Source: Candidatus Ozemobacteraceae bacterium (GTDB lineage Bacteria; Muiribacteriota; Ozemobacteria; Ozemobacterales; Ozemobacteraceae). From it: a DNA stretch of 64,000 nt. The notes under the pieces were generated by a model. That model worked only from the letters and a program-made list of their open reading frames with translations, made no database searches and had not been told where the DNA came from. The stretch lies in NCBI GenBank assembly GCA_965140445.1, contig OZ223236.1:2848001-2912000 (forward strand), read 5' to 3'. A program made the translations under genes and the position numbers. Positions 46,411 through 56,958 of the stretch are shown here, one piece after another; position 1 is the stretch's first letter, and each line of letters begins with the position of its first letter.

Positions 46411-48635
46411 TGGAAAGAATAAAAAAAGATCCAGCGTTGCCTGCAATGACAATGGATATTCTTGGGAGCGTTCTTGGAAAAGCTGATAATCCAGGAGAGC
46501 TCGGTGAATATATAACCGAGGAAATTCGAGAACTTACCGGAGCTCGCTGTGTAATCTTGAGTCAGTATTTTGCTTCGAAAGATGAGAAAGCCGTCAGAGT
46601 TTTTAGTATTAACCCGTTACGAAAGAAATCATGGGCTAATTCAACATTAGCATGGGATTTGTATAATTATTTTCTCAAGTTTGATGGAATAAAATTAATT
46701 CATGCGACTGAAATTAGCGAATTTTCTGAAGATCTTATCGCCCAGGGATTTGAGATTTCTCTTGTAATACCGTTGTGTGTTGGGGCTTCCAAAATAGGTT
46801 CTTTATTGATTCTTGGTCTTCCAGATGAAGAATCTATTAATTCTGTTATCAATCTATTAAAGAGTCTATCAACTATCATGGCTCTTGTTTTAAATAATTC
46901 ATTTTTATTTGATAGCCAGGAACAAGTTATTCAACAAAGAACAATGGAGCTACAGGAGTCTAACAAGCTTTTACAGTCAGAACTTGCTGAAAGAAAAGAG
47001 ATAGAAGAAGCTCAAGAGTTTTTATTGCAATGTGGTTTGCCTGCAACAGGAGAAGATTTTTTTGATTCACTAACTTGCTACATTTCAGAGAAATTGGGAT
47101 TCGAATATTCAAGTGTCGGAAAACTATCTGAAAATGGTTTAAATATTGAGCCACTGTCGGTTTATTTTGAAGGCAGGCATGTAAAAATACCACCATATTC
47201 ATTAATAGATACTCCATGCGGCGAAGCATTAAATTCTAAAATTTGTTTTTACAGAAAAGAAGTTCAGGAAAAATTTCCAAGGGATTTAGATCTGGTAAAG
47301 CTTAATGCAGAAAGCTATTTGGGTATAAAGCTAGCTGATTCTCAGGGAATTCCAGTTGGTATTATTGCTCTGGTTGGAAAAAGTGAATTTACAAATTTTA
47401 AAAGTGCAGAAATGCTCCTTAAAATAATTTCTCCTCGGGTAGCTGGGGAATTGGAGCGAAGAAACATTGAAAAAGAGCAGCAAAAACTAAAGGATCAACT
47501 TATTCAGTCACAAAAAATGGAATCGATTGGAAGACTAGCCGGTGGCATAGCTCACGATTTTAATAATATGCTTGGAGTTATTTTAGGACATACGGAAATA
47601 GCGCTTGGTGAATTAGAATCAGGTCATCCACTTAAAGATAAAATTTTGGTAATCAGCAAAGCTGCAAAAAGGTCTGCCGATCTAACTAGACAACTACTAG
47701 CCTTTGCCCGCAAGCAAAGTATTTCACCGAAAATTCTTGATTTAAACGATGTTGTTTCTGGAATGCTTGCTCTATTAAGGCGTCTTATTGGCGAGGATAT
47801 TGAGTTAAAGTGGAATCCTGGTTCGAATTTATGGCCAATTTTAATGGATCCTGGCCAGATAGATCAGTTGCTGGCAAACCTTTGTGTAAATTCGAGGGAT
47901 GCTATTGAAGATGTTGGATGCGTAGCAATAAAAACTGAAAATGTTTTCCTGGATGGAGAAAATTTTGCAGATGAAGAAAATTTTGTTCCAGGAGACTATG
48001 TTCTACTGTCAGTTTGCGACAACGGAAATGGAATGGACGAGGGAACTCTTGAAAATATTTTTGAACCATTTTTTACAACAAAAGCCATAGGCAAGGGTAC
48101 AGGCCTTGGCTTAGCAACTGTTTATGGGATTGTAAAACAAAATAAAGGTTTTGTGTCAGCTTGTAGTGAATTGGGAGAAGGAACTACTATTAAAATTTAT
48201 CTCCCAAAATTTTCTGGTTTGGAAGAAAAGCAAAAAGAGGATTCCAATATTAATAAAATCCCAACTGGCGAGGAAACTATTTTGTTAGTGGAGGATGACC
48301 ATGACTTGTTAGACATGGCCAAAGCCATGCTGGAAAGAATTGGTTACAAGGTAATAACTTCCAGAAGTCCTGAAGAAGCGATCAAAATCGCAAGAGAGAA
48401 ATCAGACGAAATTTCGCTTCTTATAACAGATGTAATTATGCCTACGATGAATGGACAAGTTTTGGCCAAAAAAATTAAGATTGAGTGTCCGAGCATGAAG
48501 AGTTTATTTATGTCAGGCTATACGGCAGACATTATTGGGAGGCATGGAGTAATGGGGGAAGGGGTTGGTTTTATCCAAAAACCTTTTTCAATGATAGATT
48601 TTGCAACCAAGGTTAGAGGAATACTCGATCAGTAA
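46410..48635 (+). CDS. Cytoplasmic hybrid sensor histidine kinase (GAF-GAF-HisKA-HATPase-REC)
   Basis: AHDFNN H-box, N/G1/F/G2 boxes, LLITDVIMP receiver; no TM; TAATG overlap with DUF1638. Confidence 0.93.
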   Translation: MERIKKDPALPAMTMDILGSVLGKADNPGELGEYITEEIRELTGARCVILSQYFASKDEKAVRVFSINPLRKKSWANSTLAWDLYNYFLKFDGIKLIHATEISEFSEDLIAQGFEISLVIPLCVGASKIGSLLILGLPDEESINSVINLLKSLSTIMALVLNNSFLFDSQEQVIQQRTMELQESNKLLQSELAERKEIEEAQEFLLQCGLPATGEDFFDSLTCYISEKLGFEYSSVGKLSENGLNIEPLSVYFEGRHVKIPPYSLIDTPCGEALNSKICFYRKEVQEKFPRDLDLVKLNAESYLGIKLADSQGIPVGIIALVGKSEFTNFKSAEMLLKIISPRVAGELERRNIEKEQQKLKDQLIQSQKMESIGRLAGGIAHDFNNMLGVILGHTEIALGELESGHPLKDKILVISKAAKRSADLTRQLLAFARKQSISPKILDLNDVVSGMLALLRRLIGEDIELKWNPGSNLWPILMDPGQIDQLLANLCVNSRDAIEDVGCVAIKTENVFLDGENFADEENFVPGDYVLLSVCDNGNGMDEGTLENIFEPFFTTKAIGKGTGLGLATVYGIVKQNKGFVSACSELGEGTTIKIYLPKFSGLEEKQKEDSNINKIPTGEETILLVEDDHDLLDMAKAMLERIGYKVITSRSPEEAIKIAREKSDEISLLITDVIMPTMNGQVLAKKIKIECPSMKSLFMSGYTADIIGRHGVMGEGVGFIQKPFSMIDFATKVRGILDQ

Positions 48636-48665
48636 TCAACAATAAATCATAGCTATGAAATTTAT

Positions 48666-49121
48666 CTAATCACAAAAAGAATCATAAGATTCCTTATCTT
48701 TATTTTCGTTTGAATGAAAATGAATTTGGGATTTCACCCTGTTCAGAATTTTATTAACATCTGTATCCAGGGGATAAAAATTAAATGGAAATTCCTCATT
48801 ACTATTTAATTAAATTATCCCGTTTACATAGCCTTTTGAGCTTTGTCTTATACTAAAATCTGAAATTTCTTCCCAAACCAGAAAACTGTCTTTAAGGCAT
48901 GAAATGTATAAACCATTTGTTTCTATTTCAATTTTTTTGTTTCTATCCATTGCGGCAACAAAGTGAACTGACATCTGGTATGCAAGAATGCCGGTAAAAA
49001 TAAGAAAAAGAAGTTCTGTGTCGTTTTGGTTCTTTGCATAACCAGAGAATGCCAGCATGGTAAAAAAGCAGTAAAAAAGCCCTTTTTTTAAATTACTAAA
49101 ACAGCAATTTCTTACAACCAA
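48666..49121 (-). pseudogene. Probable degraded membrane-protein gene
   Basis: Weak TTG start. After the TAA the frame continues LNSNEEFPFNF, and a shifted frame reads LDTDVNKILNRVKSQ... Confidence 0.35.
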
Positions 49122-49328
49122 AATTCAATACCCCATTCGAAGGTTACAGCTTAAAAACTTATTATAGAAAGAGTTTTTCATAGATTAAATACTTCTATGC
49201 AAGATCTGGTGTCAAGAATATTTCAGGGGCAATGGTTTTTTAAACTGCTTTAGTCGTTACCATATTAAAATGGTCCATCAGTTTTACATTAATACCCGGT
49301 TTTTGTAGGATAAAAGAATTCAGAAGCA

Positions 49329-49925
49329 ATGGTGACAAAAATGACTCTTAAAATAGAAGTTTTTCATAATTTTGGAGAAGTAATTTCTTCTTACCGACAA
49401 ATTCCCATGATTTTTGAAACTGACACAATCTTTGAAATTGTATTGTTGAAAGATGGTATTGGTGGATTTAATTTTCATGAAAAAAAATTAGATTCAGTTT
49501 TTACTAAAGATTATGATGCTATTGACGGGGATGGGCCAGATACATGGGCGCAGAAGTTTAATCTGGAAAACTGGGGATTTTTACTAACCAAAATTGATGA
49601 TGAAGTCGTTGGTGGGGCAGCCATCGCTTTTGCCACTCCTGATTTGCATATGCTTGAAGGACGTGATGATATGGCGGTTTTATGGGATATTAGAATTTCA
49701 CCGCATCATCAAAGAAAAGGTATAGGAAACGCTCTCTTTGCAAGGGCAGTTGACTGGGCTAAAGAACGAGGTTGTAAGGTTTTAAAAATAGAAACCCAGA
49801 ATAACAATACAAATGCCTGCAAATTCTATTTAAATCAAGGCTGTGAATTGGGAGGAATTAATCGATTTGCTTACTCAGATTTTCCTGAAGAGGTACAACT
49901 TTTGTGGTATAAGAACTTAATTTAA
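49329..49925 (+). CDS. GNAT acetyltransferase (SatA-like)
   Basis: LWDIRI...QRKGIG and KIETQNNN..ACKFY..GC.LGG motifs. Confidence 0.88.
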   Translation: MVTKMTLKIEVFHNFGEVISSYRQIPMIFETDTIFEIVLLKDGIGGFNFHEKKLDSVFTKDYDAIDGDGPDTWAQKFNLENWGFLLTKIDDEVVGGAAIAFATPDLHMLEGRDDMAVLWDIRISPHHQRKGIGNALFARAVDWAKERGCKVLKIETQNNNTNACKFYLNQGCELGGINRFAYSDFPEEVQLLWYKNLI

Positions 49926-50404
49926 GTAGAAATTTTGAGGTCAGAAATTATTCTTTTTACAACCCTATTGTCGGTCTTTTTCAAATTCATTTGTAAGGCA
50001 AGAATTCCATTTTTTTCAGCCTTTTGTTGAAATCCCAATGAAAAATACATTTTTTTGGCTTTATTGTTGTTGAAAACTTTACAAAAGATTGAATCAATGT
50101 TTTTTTCTAAACATGTTTTTACCAGGTCTTTAAGGACTTTGTAGCCTATTGTCGAATTCTGGTTTTTTTGTTTTATCTGAAGAGTGTGAATCATTAAGCC
50201 TCTGGCAATCCATTCTAACGAAACCACGCCAATAAACTCATTGTTAAGCATAATTTTCCAATTTTCTTTTGCACGATAATGTTTTTTTATCAGTTCGTCA
50301 TCCCAATTTAAGCCAAGTTCAATTTGAAGTTGAAACATATTTTGGCGAATTAATGCAAAAATTTCATCAAAATCGGCTTCTTTAGCTTCTTCAATAATAA
50401 ACAA
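49922..50404 (-). CDS. GNAT acetyltransferase
   Basis: QNSTIG and VFNNNKAKKMYFSLGF motifs. Confidence 0.8.
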   Translation of the reverse strand: MFIIEEAKEADFDEIFALIRQNMFQLQIELGLNWDDELIKKHYRAKENWKIMLNNEFIGVVSLEWIARGLMIHTLQIKQKNQNSTIGYKVLKDLVKTCLEKNIDSIFCKVFNNNKAKKMYFSLGFQQKAEKNGILALQMNLKKTDNRVVKRIISDLKIST

Positions 50405-50496
50405 CAGTTTCTCCGGTAAAAATAATCTAAAAAAAAATGTGAAAAAGAAATGTGACTAATTTTGATAATACTTTTGCTGGCTCTGGGCTTTAACGC

Positions 50497-51690
50497 TTAA
50501 TTATTAACTTTGAGACGGAACCAGAATCCTTTGCCGGGAGATTGCATATAAAATTCAGCAGCGACATAGATATTTAAATAGCCGGATGCATTTTGCGGGA
50601 AAAGGTATGGCTTCAGTATGTAACGTCCCTTATTGTCTGCTTTAAGCTCAATTGGTTCTTTAGTTTCAGAGTTCCAAACCGCCAATTTTAAAACCTTAAG
50701 GTCCTTTTTTGATCTGTTTACAGGCTTTAAGGCAAAATTTTCTCCGATTCTGGTAACTTCTATTTTTGGCCGATGTGGGAAAACTAACACGGCTTGAAGA
50801 TATTTAGCTTTAATATACTTGTAAGAAGGGCCACCTTCGACTCTTGTGCCATAATCCTTTGGATGGTCGCCATATGAATCATGGATTATAAAAACCGTTT
50901 CTTCCGGGTTTACTTTTGGTTTGCCATAACCAATGATTACAACACCATGAACTCCTGGCAAGATACTTCTAATGTATTTGTTATACTCTACTTGAGCTAA
51001 CATTGGACCGTGAGAATGTATAACCTGAATGAGTTCCCTGGTGAATTTATCGTTAGATTTCAGTTTCCGTTTGAACCTAAGCCAATTGCTTTCGAAAGGA
51101 TATTTATTTTTGGTGTAAGAATATAGATTTTCATGAAGTATTGGATCATTCAATGTTCCCTCAAATTGATCTGAAAGCAGGCGCGCATATCCAAGATTTG
51201 AGGCAGGAAATGGTTTTTTGTGAACTAGATCTGGTATAGGTACCACCGGGTAATGAATCCAATTCTTTTTCGATCTGTTTAAGTAAACTACTTCAAGTTC
51301 ACGTGGGTTAAAGCCAGATTCTTCGCCGCCATTGTAAAAATTAATGTAAGATTCCTGGGGCCAGCCATATTCTATAGCCCACCAGTCTGCTATTGTTGAT
51401 GCGGCAAAGGACAAACAGGCAAGAACAGGCATAAGTCTGACGTATTTCCATTTATTTTTTTTTATAATGGAATTAACTTCATCAACTCTTTTTTGGGATT
51501 CTTCCTGATTTTTGTGGGGTAGTTTGTCCCAGTTTTTTATTAGAAATACTTCTTCAAAATCAGTTTGAGGATCACAGGCTATACAACCTGGCCCCGTTCT
51601 TTCTGGTAGCCATTCTCCCGTAGCAGATGCCGGATGAAAAGCTAATATTATTAAAACAATAAACAGTTTTGCAAGCCCAGAAATTTTCAT
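50497..51690 (-). CDS. Secreted papain-fold cysteine peptidase-like protein
   Basis: Signal peptide; ACLSFA, GPM, HGVVIIGYG and IIHDSYG motifs. Confidence 0.65.
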   Translation of the reverse strand: MKISGLAKLFIVLIILAFHPASATGEWLPERTGPGCIACDPQTDFEEVFLIKNWDKLPHKNQEESQKRVDEVNSIIKKNKWKYVRLMPVLACLSFAASTIADWWAIEYGWPQESYINFYNGGEESGFNPRELEVVYLNRSKKNWIHYPVVPIPDLVHKKPFPASNLGYARLLSDQFEGTLNDPILHENLYSYTKNKYPFESNWLRFKRKLKSNDKFTRELIQVIHSHGPMLAQVEYNKYIRSILPGVHGVVIIGYGKPKVNPEETVFIIHDSYGDHPKDYGTRVEGGPSYKYIKAKYLQAVLVFPHRPKIEVTRIGENFALKPVNRSKKDLKVLKLAVWNSETKEPIELKADNKGRYILKPYLFPQNASGYLNIYVAAEFYMQSPGKGFWFRLKVNN

Positions 51691-51927
51691 CTAATTATTA
51701 TAATAATTTCCTAGAATAGCGCAAGACCATATATAAATGAAAAACCGCCTGTAATCGACTTATAAATGCCGATTTTATGGCATTTGGTAATTGATTCTAA
51801 AAAAAATCAGAATTAATGGTGTACTTACTTTTTCAATTTAAGAACCAGGAAGACGGTCTATTATCTTGTTACTATTTAGACCTTAGCTGTTCATAAAAAC
51901 ATTATTTAGTTTAGGGTTTTTCCAAAA

Positions 51928-51956
51928 TTGACTTTAAAAAATCATGATGGTATCGT
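51928..51956 (+). promoter_or_regulatory. Sigma70-type promoter
   Basis: TTGACT-N17-TATCGT with an extended TG. Confidence 0.65.
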
Positions 51957-52037
51957 ACATATGAGGCGCGCTATTGTGCTTATATTCAAGCTTAGTGCGC
52001 GCAATAAACTACAGATTATTGAGAGGACTGCTTCAAA

Positions 52038-52586
52038 TTGAAAAAGACTGCTGTAACTAAATCTGTAGAAGGAAAAGCTCAAACGGAAATTCGTGATTTG
52101 CAACGAACTATTATAGAGCTACGCAATGAACTTGAGAAAAAAAGCATTCTTACAGAAGAAGCTGTACAGAGTGCAAGACGTGATTCTGCCCAGGAAAATG
52201 CCCAATTAAAAGCAACAATTTGCGAACTTAGAAATGAGCTGGAGCGCTCAAACCTTTTGCGCGAACAAGAAGTGCGCCGAGCCCTTTCCAGTAATCAGGA
52301 TGAAATTTTCCAGTTAAAAGGGCATATTGGCGAGTTGAGGACTGAACTGGAGAATTTTCTAGCTGAAAAAGATGCGGCGGTTCAAAATGCCCGCTCTGCT
52401 TCAGCCTGTGAAATTCAACAGCTTAAAGAGATTATTTGTAAACTTCGTGATGAGCTTGAAAAAGCAAGGTTTGAGAATGAGAATTCAATTCGCCACGGGA
52501 AAATACGAGTTGCTGGAGAAACCACTCAGCTAAAAGAAACCCTTCAGGCGATGAGAATTGAGATGGAAAGGCTAAAATCTAAATAG
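52038..52586 (+). CDS. 36-aa repeat coiled-coil protein
   Basis: About 4.6 copies of ExxQLKxxIxELRxELE; AGAGGA RBS with TTG start. Confidence 0.8.
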   Translation: MKKTAVTKSVEGKAQTEIRDLQRTIIELRNELEKKSILTEEAVQSARRDSAQENAQLKATICELRNELERSNLLREQEVRRALSSNQDEIFQLKGHIGELRTELENFLAEKDAAVQNARSASACEIQQLKEIICKLRDELEKARFENENSIRHGKIRVAGETTQLKETLQAMRIEMERLKSK

Positions 52587-52616
52587 GTCCTTATTGTTTC
52601 CAGGAAAGCAGGTAAA

Positions 52617-54935
52617 ATGGAGAAAAAGCGCAAGAAATCAACTACCAAATCCCTAAAGGAAGGTAGTGGAAGTAACTTAACGGCAATAATTAGAGATCAG
52701 AAAAAGCGTCTGGCTGAGGCTGAACTACTTCTTGAAATTTCACATAAAATTTCGGCGATGGATTCGCTGGATTCTGTGCTTAAAATGCTGATCGAGATGG
52801 CTACAACCAAGTTGAATGCTGAGCGAGGATCCATTTTCTTAAATGATTCAGATACAAATGAACTTTATTCAAGGGTTGCAATGGGGAATTTCATGCATGA
52901 GATTCGCATCCTTAATAATAGCGGGATTGCCGGTCATGTTTTTAGTAATGGAACTGGTGTGATTATTCCTGATGCATATTCTGATCCCAGATTTAACCGC
53001 AATGTAGATGAGCGAACTGGCTTTGTAACGCGAAATATCCTTTGTGTTCCAATTAAATCAGCAAAGAATGATGTTGTAGCAGTTGCTCAGATCCTGAACA
53101 AGAAAAAGGGCAATTTTACCCGCAATGATCTCCATTTGTTTGAAGCGATGATGAGGCAGGGAGCTCTATCTCTTCAAAGTCTTCAATTTATTGAGCAGAT
53201 GGAGAGTATTCGAAAACAGGAACTTGAGTTTATTAACGTTGTTTCCGAGATGACTTCTGATATTAAGCTAGGCTCACTTCTCCAGAACGTAATGGCTGAA
53301 GCTACTCGAATGCTCAATGCTGAGCGCTCTACTTTGTTTTTGCACGATGAAAAGACCAATGAGTTGTGGTCTGAGGTAGGGCAGGGCCTTGAATCAACGC
53401 AGATACGTTTCCCTAGTCATGTTGGAATTGCTGGGGCAGTTTTCCAGTCCAGTAGAACCATTAATATCCCGTATGCTTATGCTGATCTTCGTTTTAATCC
53501 ATCTTTTGATCAGAAAACGGGTTTTTTCACCCGCTCAATTCTATGCGTGCCGGTAGTCAACAAGAACGGCAGAACCATTGGGGTTACACAGGTTTTAAAC
53601 AAGCACGGTGGCCCTTTCTCCCATGAAGACGAAGCAAGATTGAGAGCCTTTACTGCTCAGGTTTCTATTGCTCTTGAAAATGCAAAGCTGTTCGCAGATG
53701 TTCAGGCAATGAAAAATTATAATGAAGCCATGCTTGAATCAATGTCCAATGGCCTTATAACTCTTGATGTTGGGGGGAAGATTGCTACCTGTAATGCAGC
53801 CTGTTCGAGAATTCTCAAGATCTCGGCAGATTCCATAATTAATAAAAAAGCGGCTGACTTTTTTTCAGGCGAAAACAATTGGGTTATGGAAAAGCTACAT
53901 CTGGTGTTAGAAACACATGAACAGCAAACCTCTGTCGATGCACCATTAAAAGTTGGCCAGGAAATGCTATCAGTAAATTTGACCGTGCAGTCTTTATTAA
54001 ATATTGATCAGAAAAGAATCGGCACCATGATAATCATTGAAGATATAAGCAATGAAAAACGCTTGAAATCAACGATGTCGCGTTACATGGACCCCGGAAT
54101 TGCTGATCGCCTTCTCGCAACTGGGACGGAGCTACTAGGTGGGTCAAACGTGGAGTGCACGGTTTTATTTTCTGACATTCGTGGCTTCACTACTCTAACA
54201 GAGCAACTCGGCCCGCAAGGAACTGTAACCTTATTAAATGAGTATTTCACTCTAATGGTTGATTGCATTCAACATGAAGATGGAATGCTGGATAAGTTTA
54301 TTGGGGATGCCATTATGGCTGCTTTTGGAATTCCGGTTTCTCATAAAGATGATGCTGATCGGTCGGTGAGAGCGTCTATTTCCATGATTGAAACATTGAA
54401 TAAGTGGAATAAATCAAGAATTGCAGAAGGGAAACTGCCTGTTAATATTGGCGTTGGTTTAAATACTGATACTGTTGTTTCCGGAAATATTGGCTCAACC
54501 AAACGTATGGATTTCACAATAATAGGCGACGGGGTAAATCTTGCTTCCCGCCTTGAATCTGCTTGTAAGCAATATGGAACCAAAATTCTCATAAGCGAAT
54601 TTACCAGAAGAAAGCTAAAAGACACTTACCGGATGCGCGAAATAGACCAGGTAGTGGTTAAGGGTAAAACTAAGCCCGTTTCAATATATGAAATACTTGA
54701 TTATCACACCAGAGAAAGTTTTCCCGGAATCGGGGAGGTTACTGGAATCTTTAAAGATGCGGTTTCAGCTTACCGGGCTAGAAAGTGGGATGTAGCTATT
54801 CGTTTATTTAATGATTGCTTGAAGATTAATCCAAATGATAAACCAAGCCAGTTATATATCGAGCGGGTTAAGTTTCTGAAAGAAAATCCACCACCAAAAG
54901 ACTGGAAAGGTGTTTGGGTAATGGATTGCAAATAA
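52617..54935 (+). CDS. Class III adenylate cyclase, GAF-GAF-PAS-CHD-TPR (CyaB1-like)
   Basis: Two GAF domains with NK...F...D(E); FSDIRGFT, DKFIGDA and DFTIIGDGVNLASRLE motifs. Confidence 0.93.
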   Translation: MEKKRKKSTTKSLKEGSGSNLTAIIRDQKKRLAEAELLLEISHKISAMDSLDSVLKMLIEMATTKLNAERGSIFLNDSDTNELYSRVAMGNFMHEIRILNNSGIAGHVFSNGTGVIIPDAYSDPRFNRNVDERTGFVTRNILCVPIKSAKNDVVAVAQILNKKKGNFTRNDLHLFEAMMRQGALSLQSLQFIEQMESIRKQELEFINVVSEMTSDIKLGSLLQNVMAEATRMLNAERSTLFLHDEKTNELWSEVGQGLESTQIRFPSHVGIAGAVFQSSRTINIPYAYADLRFNPSFDQKTGFFTRSILCVPVVNKNGRTIGVTQVLNKHGGPFSHEDEARLRAFTAQVSIALENAKLFADVQAMKNYNEAMLESMSNGLITLDVGGKIATCNAACSRILKISADSIINKKAADFFSGENNWVMEKLHLVLETHEQQTSVDAPLKVGQEMLSVNLTVQSLLNIDQKRIGTMIIIEDISNEKRLKSTMSRYMDPGIADRLLATGTELLGGSNVECTVLFSDIRGFTTLTEQLGPQGTVTLLNEYFTLMVDCIQHEDGMLDKFIGDAIMAAFGIPVSHKDDADRSVRASISMIETLNKWNKSRIAEGKLPVNIGVGLNTDTVVSGNIGSTKRMDFTIIGDGVNLASRLESACKQYGTKILISEFTRRKLKDTYRMREIDQVVVKGKTKPVSIYEILDYHTRESFPGIGEVTGIFKDAVSAYRARKWDVAIRLFNDCLKINPNDKPSQLYIERVKFLKENPPPKDWKGVWVMDCK

Positions 54936-55011
54936 AACTTATTTATGTTTATTCATGATCAGCCTTGACAACTTTGTTCATAAAAGCGGATTAATGACTT
55001 ATCAAAACCTC

Positions 55012-55812
55012 TTAATTCTGCTGATCTTCATAGTATGAAAAACATTCGCTACACATATTTGTGCCACTCTCACGAGGCAAGCCGCACTTTGGGCAGAAGT
55101 TCGAGTGATTTTCTGAAAAGTCATTTTCTTTAACATCTGGCTCAATATTTGAAAGTTGAATGTCCTCTATTGATTCTAAATCGTTGGTTGAATAAGAAAT
55201 ATTTTTCTGAAAAATAGAAGAGACAAAAATTATTAAGGGAATACTCAAAAATCCTCCAATAAGTGCAATTACTGGGAGTCCAAACCCCATAATTGTAATT
55301 GACCTTGGGGAGCAGCTGACTTCAATCAATAAATTTTGATTTCTGGAATCCTTATAAATTGGATCGAATTGAATAAAATAAGCTCCGGCTTCCAGATCAA
55401 GTGAAAAAGAATCTGGAGTTGGTGTCACGGCTGTTATGAAGCTTTTTGGATTTAAAACTTCGCTAAAAAGCTTTTCACTATTTTCATTTCGAATTGTAAC
55501 GCGAAAATGCTTCATCTTAATGTCTGCAAAGGAGTTGTTTTTTACTTTTTCTACCTGAAGTGGTTTAACTTGAAAATTGTAGTTGCCTGTATCGAGCGCA
55601 TTGATTTTTAATTTGGTTTTATTTACCAATCTAATCTGGATATTGCCTGGAATATTGGCGCTGGAATATGCACCAAGTTCGTTGGAGGAAAATAATAGAA
55701 TTATTCCTAAAGTTAAGCCCAAAAATAGGAATGGAATAGATTTGAAGCGCGTGAAAAAAGTTTTAAAAGGCACTTGAAAGATTCTGGTTAAATATCTGTT
55801 TTTTTTGAGCAT
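55012..55812 (-). CDS. Hypothetical membrane protein with a C-terminal zinc ribbon
   Basis: Two TM helices; CPKCG...CSEC. Confidence 0.7.
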   Translation of the reverse strand: MLKKNRYLTRIFQVPFKTFFTRFKSIPFLFLGLTLGIILLFSSNELGAYSSANIPGNIQIRLVNKTKLKINALDTGNYNFQVKPLQVEKVKNNSFADIKMKHFRVTIRNENSEKLFSEVLNPKSFITAVTPTPDSFSLDLEAGAYFIQFDPIYKDSRNQNLLIEVSCSPRSITIMGFGLPVIALIGGFLSIPLIIFVSSIFQKNISYSTNDLESIEDIQLSNIEPDVKENDFSENHSNFCPKCGLPRESGTNMCSECFSYYEDQQN

Positions 55813-55898
55813 TAAGACCTTAAATGTGATTAATATTTATGGGCAGAAAATGGTTTACCAGTCTAATCTGCAATTTCAATAATTACAATTACAACAAG

Positions 55899-56762
55899 TT
55901 AAGATTTACTATTTTTGACATCCGGGTAAAATTTTTCCATACAGCTGTTACAAATGCCATGACTGAATTGAATGTCAGAAGCTTCGCTAATGTATTTCTC
56001 AAGTTGTTTCCATGAGCCTTTATCATCCCTGATGCCTTTGCAATGCATGCAGATGGGAATAATACCTTTCAAAAAAGTAACTTCTTTTTGTGTACTCAGA
56101 AATTCTTTTTCAACTCTTTGCATATTTAATGTTATAAGACCTATGAAAGTAACAATTAGAGATAGAATACATAAAACAAAGGTCATACTATGCAGGCTGG
56201 AAGGGTCCATAAAGCTAATGATTCTGTTATTGCTGATAAGAGTTGCAAAAATTCTGACCACTGAAAAAATGCCAAGGACTAAAAAAGAAAAAATCAGCAA
56301 TCCATTTGGTTTTATTTCTAAGTTTTTTGAATGCTTTAAAACAGTCCAGGCAGAGTAAAAAAGAAAAGCTGAGACAAATATTGAAATGACAACTATCCTT
56401 GAATCTATGCTTGGGTTGAAGTAGGTAAAATAAACAAAGGAAAGTAGATAAAGGCTAAACAATAATAAAAACCATTTACAAGAAACAAATCGCTTCAGGT
56501 AAAAATTCAATCCGTAAGTTATCAGCACAAAGAATAGCAAAACAAAAAGATTTGCTAAGATTACAGTTAAAAAGTCTGAAAAGACACCTCTCATACTGTA
56601 AAGCATCATCCCTGCAGATAGAGAGATAGCCGCAATTGTCCAACATACAAAACCTTTGTAGGTCTTCTGGGTAAGTTTTACATATATCATAATAAGGCTC
56701 ATAGTCATACTGACCAAGCCTAAAACAACCGAAAGGGTTCTAATATCCAGACTGAAAGTCAT
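55899..56762 (-). CDS. Multi-TM sensor-like protein with a Cys/His C-terminal domain
   Basis: LDIRTL start, about 7 TM helices, then PICMHCKGIRDDKGSW..LE.YI...FSHGICNSC. Confidence 0.8.
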   Translation of the reverse strand: MTFSLDIRTLSVVLGLVSMTMSLIMIYVKLTQKTYKGFVCWTIAAISLSAGMMLYSMRGVFSDFLTVILANLFVLLFFVLITYGLNFYLKRFVSCKWFLLLFSLYLLSFVYFTYFNPSIDSRIVVISIFVSAFLFYSAWTVLKHSKNLEIKPNGLLIFSFLVLGIFSVVRIFATLISNNRIISFMDPSSLHSMTFVLCILSLIVTFIGLITLNMQRVEKEFLSTQKEVTFLKGIIPICMHCKGIRDDKGSWKQLEKYISEASDIQFSHGICNSCMEKFYPDVKNSKS

Positions 56763-56958
56763 TTTACCGACGATTCCATTCCATTTTTCCAGTTTTAATT
56801 ACACGGTTTATCACAACCAAAAAAAACTACTTTGTATTGTTAATTTAACTATTTTACTCTTTTTACAAAAAATTTGGCACTTTTTTTTGTCTGTGGCAGA
56901 ATCGACTTCTAACCTTTTCTAACTGTAAATATGAGTGGAGATAGTGTATAATTGTGGC

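Noticed and set aside
56875..56891. TGGCAC sigma54-like site upstream of recD2
   Set aside because: The -12 GC is absent at the required 10-nt spacing.
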